A stretch of DNA of 63,296 nt, filler included, from Choristocarpus tenellus KU-1152 (lineage: Eukaryota > Protista > Phaeophyceae), in assembly GCA_964200185.2 (NCBI GenBank). It is 10 parts of 10 records of this genome, joined end to end, with 100 filler letters (N's around TTAATTAATTAA, not from the genome) between each part and the next. Parts side by side here need not be neighbours in the genome. Positions count along the whole stretch, not along the records: positions 12,135 to 18,968 come from CAXNAD020007250.1; positions 19,069 to 34,807 come from CAXNAD020000937.1; 8 more parts are not named here. The stretch is one strand, 5' to 3'. Below are positions 12,851 through 26,425 of the stretch, piece after piece (positions within the stretch are counted from its first letter, which is position 1; each line of letters opens with the position of its first letter). The position numbers were made by a program, and so were the translations under genes. The notes beneath the pieces are model-generated. The model was not told the DNA's origin, made no database searches, and saw nothing but the letters and a program-made list of their open reading frames with translations.

Positions 12851-14207
12851 ACTGAGAAAATTCCACTTCCCTTCCCGACCTGTTGCTGACCTGTCGCTTC
12901 CGACCTCCAATCCAGAACTTACTTTGTTCCCCACCAGTAACCCTTGAGTCTCTCCCAATATATGTTACAACTTACCACTCAAGTGCATATCTTTGGCCGA
13001 CCATGATTCCAAGTCCATAATTATGGCAACCTCCAGCTTTTCCATGGCAATATCCACATTGCACCTAAGGCTGTCAAGGAGTTGCAACAGAACATTGCTC
13101 ATATTCTCACAGGTTTCCTGTAAGCCTTGACTACATTACCCACTGCCTCCTCCCCCACATCTCCTTCTCCCACAGGGCTACATTGCAACACAATCTCCAT
13201 TGCCCCTATGATGAATAAATTTCGTTCTACGACACTCTGCGTAGATGCCTTCCTACATCTGCGAACATTATGGAGAGAACGTATAATCTGAGTGTTAGAT
13301 TGTCCACGGAAGCCTACACCATTGTAGTCTCATTGTCAACGAACACTTCCCTTGAACACTCCCAGTTGTACTTCTACACTAATCGATTCCTTACCTCTCG
13401 AAATTGCCAGACATCTACTAAGTAAAGATGAAAGAGAATTTTCTTTCTCTTAGGCCATGACCCTCTTCACACCTTCTACATATCTGCAGGTCCCCTCATT
13501 CTCCATCCTATGTCCTCAGCATCCTCCAGCTAGTCATCCACCGCCTCCCCTGTCAGTGACAATGTGGATTTTCTGCCCAGGGAGCTGTGTTCTCCGACCC
13601 CTTTCCCCTATATGACTCCCTTCTCTCACTTCCAGTTCTCTTTCCATACTCATGAATTACTCTTCTCCAACTCCTTGGCCCAGATCCCCTCAAGGTCCTT
13701 CACCATCTCTCCATCTCCCACTTGTCCTTCTCTCCCTCTGGATCATCAAAAGAACAAATAGTTTTGCCATTTCCCCACGGTGATAAATCCCAGCATGCCA
13801 ATGTACCCAACCTCGGAATACCCTGCTGGGTCAACCTCTCCCAAATTCCCTTTAAGCTGCATCCTCCTTCCTCACTATTCCCTTTTTAAAAGAACTCCAG
13901 TCAGAATTCAGCCCTACCTTGAGGGCTTCTTCCCACTGAGTTCGGAATCCCTTCAGCCACGGAATCCTGACCAGAGAGTACTATTCCGAGAATGATAAAT
14001 TTAGCAAACATCACTGCTTTCTCCACTAAGGATATCAAAATACACATTCGTGTATGCTATCGTTTCACTTTAGGGAGGAGGTGATGGCTAAACGGTACAC
14101 AAACACAAGAGCATATGCGGACTACTCCTCAAGCAACTGTCACAGTGACCAAGTTCATGGAATGTCTGTTCTTCAAAGGCCCTTGTATTGCCACCCATAA
14201 GACCTGG

Positions 14208-14464
14208 GAGTGAAAGTATCTTAGAGGGTACGAGTTTTGCCCTGTTTGTCCATTTGGGACTTGGCTTCCCATGGTTTTTTAATGATATTTTCCTACACAA
14301 AATTTTTCAGAGTAGGCAAAATGTATACGTTATGAAAAGGTGTGTCCAGATCAAGGATATTGACACTTCCTAACAAACACGATAGCCAAAATTACATCAA
14401 AATCGCAACATTGAATTGTGGCCCCGAAATGGGTGCGACTCTACCCTCTCAGATACTTTGGCTC
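14208..14464 (+). mobile_element. MITE family A, copy 3
   Basis: GAGTG...GGCTC ends; 3-bp TSD tgg/tgg. Confidence 0.93.
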
Positions 14465-15188
14465 TGGACCACTGAGCATGCTCTTGGAATTCATTGTTGA
14501 AGTTCTTGCAATAATATTTTCTTTGAGATATTTCTTCTTCTATATTTTGCACTCTAAACAAAAATAACTTGGACACGACCTATCCGTTATCCTCAGCTGA
14601 GTTGCTGGGTTTTCTCCGCCCTCCTCGAATCCTGTGCTACACATAGGTTACGTTGAATTGTTGGCTGGTTTGTTCTTGCCACCAAGTTTCGAGTTCAAGT
14701 CCAACGGTTTGCTGAGAGAGATGTCTATTGGCGATCAGATCTCTTGAGTTGTTACTACTTGGGCATACTATACTGCATGTATGCTGTATATATATATATC
14801 CATCGTGGAGCACGTGTTGACACACCAATAATTGCAACCACTCTAAAATGCTACATAAGGACAGTATACTCTAGGGTCTCAACAGTATCATGAAGTAGTA
14901 ACATTGTAGGAATTCACCGTAGCAAAACCTGACTCCACCAAGCCCTGAACTACAACCACGCAAAATAATACTGTAGTGTTCCCATGTAAGGGCATGTAGT
15001 AGTAAGGCACACCAGAAATCGAGGTGAGTGAAATTATGCTGGCACAACCCTATTAGCTGATCTGAAACATATGGCATGTATTAGAGTAGTTCCGGTCAGG
15101 CATACCACAGAAGGATACACCACAGAAGCACAGAAAGGTGCAAGTATACGGAAGAGTGGCACAAGGCATTGCATACTTCTCTATCTCT

Positions 15189-15405
15189 GAGTCAAAGTAT
15201 CTTAGAGGGTAGAGCCACGTCCGTTTGGGACCCAAAATCCAATGTTGCGATTTTGATGTAATTTTGGCAATCATGTTTGTTAGGAAGTGTCAATAACCTT
15301 GTTCCAGACACACATTTTCATAATGTTGTAAAAACCCCGTGGGAACCCAAGCCCCAAACGGACAAACAGGGCAACACTCGTACCCTCTAAGATACTTTCT
15401 GACTC
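15189..15405 (-). mobile_element. MITE family A, copy 4 (internally deleted, lacks the central hairpin)
   Basis: Both TIRs present, ~40 bp shorter than other copies; flanks tct/tca. Confidence 0.92.
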
Positions 15406-15769
15406 TCAGAATAAGCACTGAACCTTTTCAGAGTTCACCGGCCATTTGTAAGAGAGCTTATTTACATTGTTATTGTCCTGAAAGAAAATATAGGAGAGAG
15501 CCACTTTGGGTAGGTAAACTGACAGTTGGTCATGGATATGCTGTCAATGTAGGTACCTAGTCTACTGTTATCCAATCACCTTACTCTGCTTTACTGTACA
15601 ATAATATTGTGTCAATGTCCATCACAAATGCAAAAGATAACTATGGTTCTACTAGTGAGGGGTTATACCCAATTTCTGTAAACAGGCAATTAGTGGAGAA
15701 GAGTCAGAAAAGTGGAGTACATCTATGCAGGAAGAGATGGACAGCCCGGTAAGGTACTGCAAAAAAGTT

Positions 15770-16326
15770 AAGTCTGCTGGGAACATGTTGAAAAACTATA
15801 TGATCTAGTAGTTATGAGAACAAAGTGATATACTCAAAATAGTAATAGGTGGCTGCCATGAGGTCTTGTACGTACATCTGATATTCTTTTTAAGATCCTG
15901 TTGTTTACAGTCTTGAACTATATGCTCTGGCTGTGGTGGCATCATGCATGCTTATCATCTTCCCAGTACGGGCTGACCTTAATGCATGGGAAAAACAGTT
16001 CAAGATTTTCTCTATATGGCACGTTCAATAAGGAAAAAAGAAATGTCAAACAGCCAGATAGATTTGCCCAACTGGACAGTGACAACAAACCATATTTCTG
16101 TAGGCTACACAAAAGTTTGCATGACTCAACCAATCCTTACACAACTGATTTGACAATGTACAAAGGACACTACTGGAGATAGGGCTGGAATCCGGAGCCT
16201 CTATTCTGTGTGGGTATGTCAAGGCCAATCCTAATACAGTCTGTTTGGTAATATTGCCAGGCTTTCCGTGGATGGTATAGACATCACTGACTCCTGCATG
16301 ATGACTGCAAATATGATCAAGTGCAA
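15770..16326 (+). mobile_element. Degenerate Ty1/copia reverse transcriptase fragment
   Basis: FSLYGTFNKEKRNVKQPDRFAQLDSDNKPYFCRLHKSLH matches copia AFL.G.L.E.IY..QP.GF......CRL.KSLYGLKQ. Downstream VDGIDIT falls at the YVDD position. Frameshifts and stops present. Confidence 0.75.
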
Positions 16327-16450
16327 GGCTCAAAGTATCTGGAGGGGATGGCGGCTGTCAATTTGGTGTCAATTTTTCATGTCGCAATTTTTGGGTGATT
16401 TGGTTGTCACGGGGAAATCCGGAAATTTCCCTCTTCTCACATTCCTGAAA
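16327..16450 (+). mobile_element. Terminus of a sister TIR element interrupting the copia relic
   Basis: ggctcaaagtatctggaggggatggcggctgtc...catgtcgcaatttttgggtg is the approximate reverse complement of 34908-34981; inner boundary approximate. Confidence 0.7.
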
Positions 16451-18831
16451 ATAGGCAATTGGTGGAGGGGTATGACACTGTGCGTTTATCCCAAATGGTA
16501 CGAGCAATTCTACATATGCTGTCAACAGTTTTTATACTGTACCGCCAACCTAGTCGAAACCCTATTTAGAACACTGTTCGGGAAGTCTTGGTAGTGTAAG
16601 TTCTACAAGTGGGACTGATGAGGCAAAGTGTGGTTTGTCAGAAGCCAAGGTCAGTAGTTGGTGTGGAGATGGCAGTGGAGAGGTGAGTGGTACCGATTCT
16701 CCGTTAGGGTAGAGGAAAGACTTGACAAGAGGGTATTGGATGTAGGACAGTTACACCTTGTTGCACAGGAGGCTAAAAGTGGTATTTTTTTAGCGCTCAT
16801 GCCACAAGACATGTTGTGAAATGAGTTGTGACAGAGTAGCTTGCTCAATTCATGCACAATCTTTTTATATTAATAGCATCAGTTGCACCACGTCGCGAGT
16901 GCGTTACTCAGATAAATGACAAGAAACCATCATATACTCAGTAAAAAGTGATGACTCTTTGAGCTGTACCAGGACTGTGTAGCTCAAGGCGTATGGGGCC
17001 TAATCAGATCAATGCGTGCCGACCAGCAAGGCAGGTTGAACTGGGTTGGCACATAGGTGTCTTGAAGCCTTGGACTGCTACTATGCATCAAAACAGTGTT
17101 TGAGCCTCTACCCCAAGTCAGTGCTCCATGGGAGATTAGAAATTGTGCAATGTCATTAGCAGCTCTTCCTTGATATTTTTTGAACTATTTCACTCCTGTG
17201 GTACAGCGGATTGCCACTCCACATCCCACTTTCAATCATGGACACCAGTGTTTCACACTGTGGCAAACAGGCTCCCTGTATCTTTCTATGTCACCCATCC
17301 ACACTCATCCATCTACTGAGGTTTCTGGTGTGCATTGCTCCTCTAGCATGTGATGTGAGGAAACCTAAGCAACATCCATATCCCGGCCTTGCATCAGCAG
17401 CATATGTCAACATGGCTTCACCTCTAGCACATACTACATGATGCACAATTTGCGAGTCTTTCAAAGACCATATGTTCTTATCCAAGCAGATAGATTTACG
17501 TGATGATTGGCCAGGCACTCAAAAATCTGTGTATCCGTTGTCTACCTAACTGATACCAGTGTTATCGTATTCTTTTGTTTCTGTACCCACTCAAACAGTT
17601 GCCCCCGTTAAGCTACAACCAGCCACGAAATGGAAACTAAGGTTATTCCACTAGATGAAGGCATGTTTGCTAGGTGATATGCCTTTCAAGTTGAAAATCT
17701 TCATCCTTACTGCCAACTCAAGGGCGTCAATACAAGCAAGATGGAGCTGACAAAACTTTGTCCCCCTACCTTTGGATATTCTTGATACTGGCCTGCCAGT
17801 AACTACATATGGTGCACTAGTGAGCTACATTCTAGTCTGTTGTTCCTCTTACAGCATTGCAGTAACTACAGATTTAAATTTTAGTCTTGATCATGCTCGA
17901 ACCCTTAACAACCAATTACAAAATGGCATTCTGGAGAGGTACTGCGATGTCACTATGGAGCACAGCACTGGGATCTTGTTTGCTCTATATACATGAAAAC
18001 TTCAGTTCAATGTTTGTGCACATAGAGATTTAAGTGTTGCTTCACCTCTCAGTTTCTACAGCTCCTCTCCATGTCCCTCCTCGCGACTCAGTCTGCCCTC
18101 TACCCTTTCAAAAGCTTGCTGGAGCATTTCCCAGCGAACCTTGTTGCCAGACCCCCGACTTCGAGAAGAATAATTGTCATTTGTGGGACTATGAACCCTC
18201 CGGAGGCGATTGTAGATGCGTTTTCGTTGCTTGGGACCTTCAGTGGAGAAGCAACAGGGGTTCCACACTGAGAGAGGGGAACTGTTATGGTATGAATTGT
18301 TCACTTGGCTGGGAGAGGGGAGGTCAGCAACAGCAACAATTCAGTTTTTCTGCTCTAAAAGATGGAGGAGGAGCATTCAGGCCTCTCTGTTCACTACCTC
18401 TACCATACATTGAATATTGAGACAAGAACAACTGGCATTAGGGGGGAAGGGGTGGGGGCCAGAGGATGGGGGGAAAAGAAGAACGTTGTTGTGATTAGGA
18501 GAAATTTGTCGCCAATCACTGCCTTTTTTTGGAGTTCTGTTCATTGTGGCTTGCCTTTACCTTCTTGTTCCCCAGTAGGCACATTGTGTTCAATTCATCC
18601 GTATCCTGCTCAAGGGATTTCCACAACCTCCTCACTAATATGTAGATCGACTGCTTAGAAGGTGATATCCTATCCTGCGTCTCTGCATTGTCTAGGAGTT
18701 GTAGGGCTTAGGGCACAAGGACTGCTACAAATTTCTATCTATTACCCGACTATTTGTGTATGTAGACTGTGCTGTATACTAGCTTATGATAGTAAGAGTT
18801 TGGTATTGATACACGGATCCCTTTGTCCTTA

Positions 18832-18968
18832 GGGTCAAAGTATCTGGGGGGGGATGTCGGCGTCCGTTTTTCACCCTTTTTTCGATTTCACTTTTTGGTG
18901 TGATTCGGTCGCACATGTCGGATTTGAATGTCAGCAAAAAAAAAAGTTGCTTGACCGAAATGGACACC
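18832..18968 (+). mobile_element. Terminus of a sister TIR element running into a contig end
   Basis: gggtcaaagtatctggggggg followed by a different subterminal sequence. Confidence 0.7.
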
Positions 18969-19068
18969 NNNNNNNNNNNNNNNNNNNNNNNNNNNNNNNN
19001 NNNNNNNNNNNNTTAATTAATTAANNNNNNNNNNNNNNNNNNNNNNNNNNNNNNNNNNNNNNNNNNNN

Positions 19069-19186
19069 CTTCGCCCCTGATTTCTAGTCGCCCCTACATC
19101 TGATGCCCCCTTCGCCCCTGATTTCCAGTCACCCCCCCTATCCGATGACCAACCAGTGCGACCCCTTTCGCCACTGATTTCTGGTC
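19069..19186. repeat. ~41-bp degenerate tandem repeat (TTCGCCCCTGATTTCYAGTC...), 3 copies
   Basis: ttcgccMctgatttc recurs three times at the contig start. Confidence 0.75.
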
Positions 19187-20857
19187 TCTACCATCCCTTT
19201 CAATCCCACTCAACCCCACACCAGTTACCACTCCAGTCAAACCCACCCACTTACCACTCCACAATCATCCAAGAACCGTCCTTCATCATCCCCTTCATAC
19301 CGTGCCTTTGAGCTAGAAGACATCTACCCCGCCCGAACTTGACCTCCCCTCCCCTTCAAGGTCGATTTCTTCTAGATCGAACTTTAAGTCCCGCCCTGGT
19401 TGAACCCACCCTTACTACTCTCTGCCAGACCCATCGACAACCCACACCGAGCCCCTCTGGTTGGCCCTTACATACACCATGAACGCAGTTGACTTCCATC
19501 TCCCCTTCCTCTGAATTACCATCTCTAAAACTCCCCAGATTGCCAGCCTGGTGGCTCCCCCTATCCTCCCCGAATGCAGGGGATATTCTTCTGGGTTTCA
19601 ACTTGAACACTTTGACTATTCCTCTCAGGCTACATGTTGCTTGCCCCCTCGTCATTACCCTCCACCTTTCTCCCTCCCTCAATACCCTCAGTGGGGCATC
19701 CAGGTGTAGCTCTGGGAAACCTTCCATAATTGCTATTATCACCTCAGAACCCCCCCCTACTCCCTTCCCCTCTTCCCTTCTCCACTATGATTCCCGTCGA
19801 CACTGCTCCCTTCCTGCCCTGGTCCCCCTTTGATCCCCTGAATATCACCTCGACATTTTCTGTTGTTGTGCCTCTCCTCCCACCCTAGTCTCCCTACGCC
19901 TTTCCTCTATACTACTTTCCCCTCACCGTAAAATCTTCGAGCACCCCCCCCCCCTCCCCTCATCATATGCCTAAATTTCCAACACTCTTGCAAAGAAAAC
20001 GAAAGAAAACCCCAATCCTACGCTAGTCAAATTTACCCTCCCTTCCTAACAATTTTGTACAGTGCAAAATTTCTACACCCATTCTCCATGTCAGAGGTTT
20101 ACTCCTTTTAAGCTGACTGCCTGTTTTTGTGTGACTTCTCCCCATACCATTGGCCCTGTGGAAGTCGTGGTGTGTTGTGGGAAGTTTGATGTTATGAAAT
20201 TGTTAGCCGAAGTAGTGGATTGCTGGAATCTTAGTTTTGATTGTACCTACTCTACCAACCAATGCACTGCAGACTTGGTCTCGTCTTCATGGTACTTGAT
20301 CCTCCTTTATCTTTCCCTATCTTTGGTACCCCTACCCCTGCATTCCCTACCTTCCCCAGCCATTCGCGTGCTATGAATTGGTCTACTCTCCCCCTCTCTT
20401 TTCATCCCCCTTCCATTTATATCCTTCTTGACGCACTCTGTACTCTCTGACCACCCTCATGGGCTGTCATACTTGGCACCGCTATCCTTCCCCTGATAAT
20501 CTAATCCCTGGTCCATGTCTATCCCCTCTGACCCCCCCCTCCACTTCCCGCTAGTCTACCCCAGCAGCCCCCCTCCTGGCGTGCTCGCAATGGGTAGGCC
20601 AGCCGCTACAATAAAAAACCCCGGGCAGACTCGCGGGATGTATCACCCACCTTAATCTCCTATATAAATTTATGGAAAAATTCCTGTGCCCAGGCCACCT
20701 CGTTTCTAGTGAGCTATCCTTGGGGTATGGTATATTACGCCTGCCTGAAGTCCGTTTTTTGGTTCTATCACATATGGCTCTGCCTCCTCACACTTGGTGC
20801 CCCCCCTCTTGGCTACCTACACATTATTTTTATTTCTGACACTGAACTCTTGGTTTG

Positions 20858-21705
<848 letters not shown>

Positions 21706-22329
21706 AACAGTCGTAGATGCTAGTGAGTTGACCAGGACATGGGACCTTCATCACTACATTATGTACTTACAATCATCAAGGTGTGCACTTTTCTGATATA
21801 TTCAGGTCTCATCTAAGCGATTCGCATCTTCCGATTTTTTTTTTTAATATACAAGTACATATCTTTTTCTCTTGTTTTTTGCGGCCTGAATCTCTCTCCC
21901 CCCCCCCGCCCCTTTTATTCACTTGGACTGATTATCCCACTATTTGGCAATGCCCCTTCTTTAATCACTTTCTTTCCTTGTAGTGATTTATTAATTATTG
22001 TAGAACGATGCCCCCGATACTTCTGTAGGTTTTGCCCTCAAATGCCTACCCTTGTGAGCAGTAGCCCTTTATTCATAACGTCACCTCAAATTTTATCACA
22101 GGGTTGTGTAGGAGCTACGATTAATCATTCCCCTCCCCCCCTATTTATATTGGTGTACTCTTCTTTACGTTCATATTTTCCAATATCTTGCTCTCTCCCC
22201 ATCACTTTTAACGATCACATCTCATTTTTAATTATCTCTTCCGACTGTACATCTACTCACAATCCCCAATTCTTTCTTACTTCCGTAGCATTCACTCCAC
22301 TCCAACCCCCCACCTACCACGTTTCCTCA

Positions 22330-22592
22330 GAGTGAAAGTATCTTAGAGGGTGCGAGTTTTGCCCCCTGTTTGTCCATTTGGGGCTTGCCTTCCCATGTTT
22401 TTTTAATGATATTTTCCTACTCCAAAATATTTCGGAGTAGGTAAAACATATGGATTATGGAATGGTGTGTCCAGAATATGGATATTGACACTTCTTAGCA
22501 AATAATACGATAGCCAAAATTACATCAAAATCGCAACATTGGATTTTGGCCCCCAAATGGACGCGGCTCTACCCTCTAAGATACTTTGGCTC
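22330..22592 (+). mobile_element. MITE family A, copy 5
   Basis: GAGTG...GGCTC ends; 3-bp TSD tca/tca. Confidence 0.94.
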
Positions 22593-23466
22593 TCACACAG
22601 TACTTTTAAATTATCTCCACCTACTTTTGTAGCGGTCACTCCGCCTAAGAAAACAAATTATAATCAAAAATTCCAACTACCACATCCCTCATTCAGTCCT
22701 ACTATCTATACAGGTTTTCTATTTTTCTTCTTGTCTCACGTCCTCTCCCAACTTATAGCTATACTACATAATATATATATATATGACTACTCATATTGAC
22801 ATAACCGTTGATTCACAAGGTATCTCTGCCTAATAAAAGGTTTCGTTACTAGCCTAGTACCTTCCACGCGTGACCTTTGTCTGGGGTGGTCCCCCCTTCA
22901 TCATCCTACAATGTGCCCACGCTGTTCTATTTTTCTTACCATATGGGTGGGGTTGGCCCATGTTAGCAGCGGATGACAACTTAGGTCCTCTATTACCGAT
23001 CGATACAGACCTGATATCTGCCCCCGCTCTACATTTCAGGCCATATTTAAACTGTACCAGATTGTTGCAGGTACACTATTACCTCTACCCTGACCTATTA
23101 TCTTTTCTCTTTTTGTCGTGAACTCAACGGGATAAACATGTTAGTGACATAAGCGGCGCATTCTACTATTCGTCCCCAACTACCCTTACACTGTCGCTCT
23201 ACCAGGACCCTCAACCTTTTCCTGTCCTGCTTTGTGTACCAACCTATAAACCTACTGTATTCAATACATGATGTGTATGGGAGTATTCGTTTTAGTTCTT
23301 TACTGTTTTTTATGTAGATGATGGAGGATACATTTTTCTACTTGGTCGTGTTTTATTGGTCTAAGGTTAAGGTTGAGTGAGGAGTAGCCTGAAAAATTGG
23401 GTGAGGTATTGAGATATTTGAGTTTTGAAGTAAGCTTCAGAGTGGGCAGGTACGAGGCCCTGAAAC

Positions 23467-26425
23467 GTGGATTCTCCACTTCCAGGACCACTGGGTGATG
23501 AGCATGGGCTCAACAATCCCATGCAGCAGATGGGAGGAAGCACCCGTGAAGGGAGGACTGGCCCCGCATCCGAACAAGTCGAGCGAGGCGTGGGACTCAT
23601 CGTCTCTGCTTCAATGAAGATCGAGAGGGCAGGGAACACCGTTATGACCAACAGTAAGAAGAACACTCATGAAGTAAACACACTTGGTCATCTTGTCGTG
23701 ACTGGAGCCCTTGGTGGCATAGAGGACCCTCAATAACCTGCCAAAATGTCGCGTACTACCTGATCAACACTACTGTAGGTCTTATTTTTCGTGGCATGTA
23801 ATGGACAAGGTGCAGGTGGAAGCCTTCCTGGTAGAGAGAACATTGTTGCCGGCAGAGTATTTGCGAGAGTGGAATTTTCATTCACTGAGACATGGGACGC
23901 TGCAATAGCTACACTTCGCGCAGAATTAGGGGACGATGGCCACAGGTTGATCCGTGTGAACAAAAGATCGGTGAGGCCAAAAGCTCGACCTACCTCAAAT
24001 GTTATTCTCCATTTGATTATTCAATTATTTCCGTCCTGTAAACCACCACTACTGTGATAATATCGTCCATGTTAGCGTTCCCACCGTCTACTCTCCTGCC
24101 ATTTCGCTCAAACTCCTTTTCCAGCTTTTTCCAGCAGCTCAAGTGAGGGAGCGAAGCTTGAATAACCGTTTGTATAGTGTCACTTTGTCTTGTGAGTGCA
24201 GTGGCAAGCCAAGGGATACGAAGAAGGTGGAGGGCATCCGACATCAGAGGCTAAGAAACTCGAAGAAGGTGGCCCTTGACACAATTGGACACAAGTAGGT
24301 GGCGTGAAAGTCAGTCATCGAGTTGCGTAAGTAAGCACATATTATCACACAGCCTCACCCAAACATGCCGTGCCTTGCCACTCCCCGTTCTCTTTGGTCA
24401 GACTGACTGCATGTTCAAGATCGTTTGCCTATGGTCACTGAATGATCCAGCTCCTCGTATCACACAGGCAAGTTTTTATCGGAATACTTTCACATGGAGC
24501 TCATAACTCATACATGCACCATATATATATTTGGGCCACACGTAAAGCACATTGCAATAACATATTTGAGTAACTGCTAGTTAGATTTGAAGCATTTTGG
24601 TGAAGATCGAGTATCTTTTTGAACCAACTTCTCTGCTTGTACTTCTGAGCTGAACCCACCCCCTGCTTGATTCTGTACCTGATACATTTCTGCGTTTTTT
24701 TGCAGGTTGATCTTTGTCACAATCATGCCCCCCCTGCACCTCGAGATAAAGGGCTGGTGTCCTTGAAAGAGTTGAACTGTATGACACAACAGATCAAGGA
24801 GTTGACAGATGAAGGACTGGATGTGCAAGATATGTACTGGTTCCTGGAAAGCAGGGGCAAGAAGCTTGGGAAAGATGGCAAGCAGAAGGTGTGGCGACAC
24901 CATATCCATAGTCATCACAACCTGGCGCAACCATTGGTTGTTACCTAAGTTCCATGACTGCCGGATGATATTCCACCCATATGGAATGTAGTACTGCAAA
25001 GTTATTTTCTTGCACGTGAGAGGCAGACAGGAATGAGGGAATGGAAGGACAATACATGTTTTTGCTTTATAGTATGGCATTTATTGCTGTCATGGTGTGA
25101 TGTATGCAACAATTACATTGTTATTTTCAAGGAATAATTTAATTGGGTTGAAAGCTAACAGTAGCAGTAGCGTAGTTGGTGAACTTACACAAACTTGTAT
25201 TGTGTAGTGTGTCATTGCCACCTGGAACTTTCAAGAGAAGCATCTGCAGTGAAGAGGGAGGGAACAGGCATGAGAAAAGTAATATTTTGTAACCACAAGC
25301 TATTTTCCTGTACAGGTCCGGAACATGGTAAGAACTCACTGGAGAGCTTTGTACACAAAGCCTAAGGACAACATTGATTCCTCTCATAGGTTGCAACAAC
25401 AACAGAAGACTTCTAATGCTCCTCGGAGTGACGAAGCCTCGCTGGACGGGCCAGTGGCAGATGTTGAGTCTACTAAAAAGGTTGGAAACTGTGACCTGCT
25501 ATTGGGTACAACAGTGATGGAGACACCTACTTCTGAGACGGAATACCATGCAGCTCGACGAGCTATGTTGCATGCTGACTGGGAGGCCTTGGGCAAGGAA
25601 TTGGGATCTGAAGCAAGTAAACAGTGCATAAGCGTTGAGCTTTCCAATAGTATCAAGGAAGATGTATTGCGATTATTTAAGAACTGCCTGCTTCGAGCAG
25701 GAGGACACCTGGCTGCTAGGAACGAGTTGTACCAAGGCGGTGATGGCAAGGCAGGTGGGGGGGAGTGGAGTGGATCGACCAGAAGGGGAGAGGATACACA
25801 GCAAGATGATCCTTCTTCCTATGCAGGTTCTGGGGCTTTAACTTTTAACAGCACCACTGGTTCTACTACATACCAGGGCTCCCATGTGTCTGTGGCCAGG
25901 GACACATCGGGTAGTGTTGCAGTTAGGGGTTGGAGGGGGTCATTAACTAGGAGAGCGGATGGCACTCTACTAGGTGACCCTTCCATCCATGCTGGGTTCG
26001 GCAACACAACCCCTACCAGTACTGCTGCTACAGTATTGCAGCAAAGATCTGTTGCATCTTTCTCTAGTGGCATGGAGAGAGGAGGGAGAACGAATAACGG
26101 TCCATAACCGGTTCGTCATAGAATGTGTTCAGGACCCCGAGGTACAACTCTAAGTACTTCATGTGGTAGGACTTCGTACCAGGACTCTGGTGAGTCCACC
26201 ATGAGTAGGACAGGAAATCTGCAGAGCATGGGGGGGGTGACTCCACTGAATGATCTTGTGTGGGGACCAGGTGCTGAACAAACCACAAGTCATGATGAAG
26301 CTCCTTTTACAACTTACGAGGCTGTGAAGGCAAGATCGCGCCATCTATGTTTCCGAAACAGCACTACAAACCCATGTGTGCATGAGCAGCAAGGGTCCGC
26401 AAAGCACGTAAGAATTTCAGGGTGA
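23467..26425 (+). mobile_element. Spliced Mutator-like (MULE) transposase derivative: FAR1/WRKY-GCM1-type zinc finger, SWIM-like remnant, no recognisable DDE core
   Basis: Exons ending 23970, ~24125-24268, 24402-24467 (GC donor) and 24706-24888 splice to FTETWDAAIATLRAELGDDGHRLIR...LYSVTLSCECSGKPRDTKKVEGIRHQRLRNSKK|TDCMFKIVCLWSLNDPAPRITQ|VDLCHNHAPP...QIKELTDEGLDVQDMYWFL, the FAR1 pattern C..G...SK.T.C.F.I...V...HNH. Then DCRMIFHPYGM*YCKVIF and VRTHWR in the 260-aa ORF. Outer limits approximate; no TIRs found. Confidence 0.7.

Noticed and set aside
12900-14000. C-rich strand-biased tract (also 19200-20600) as a DIRS/Ngaro retroelement relic
   Set aside because: Only a faint VFVDNETT motif; too decayed to call without a search.
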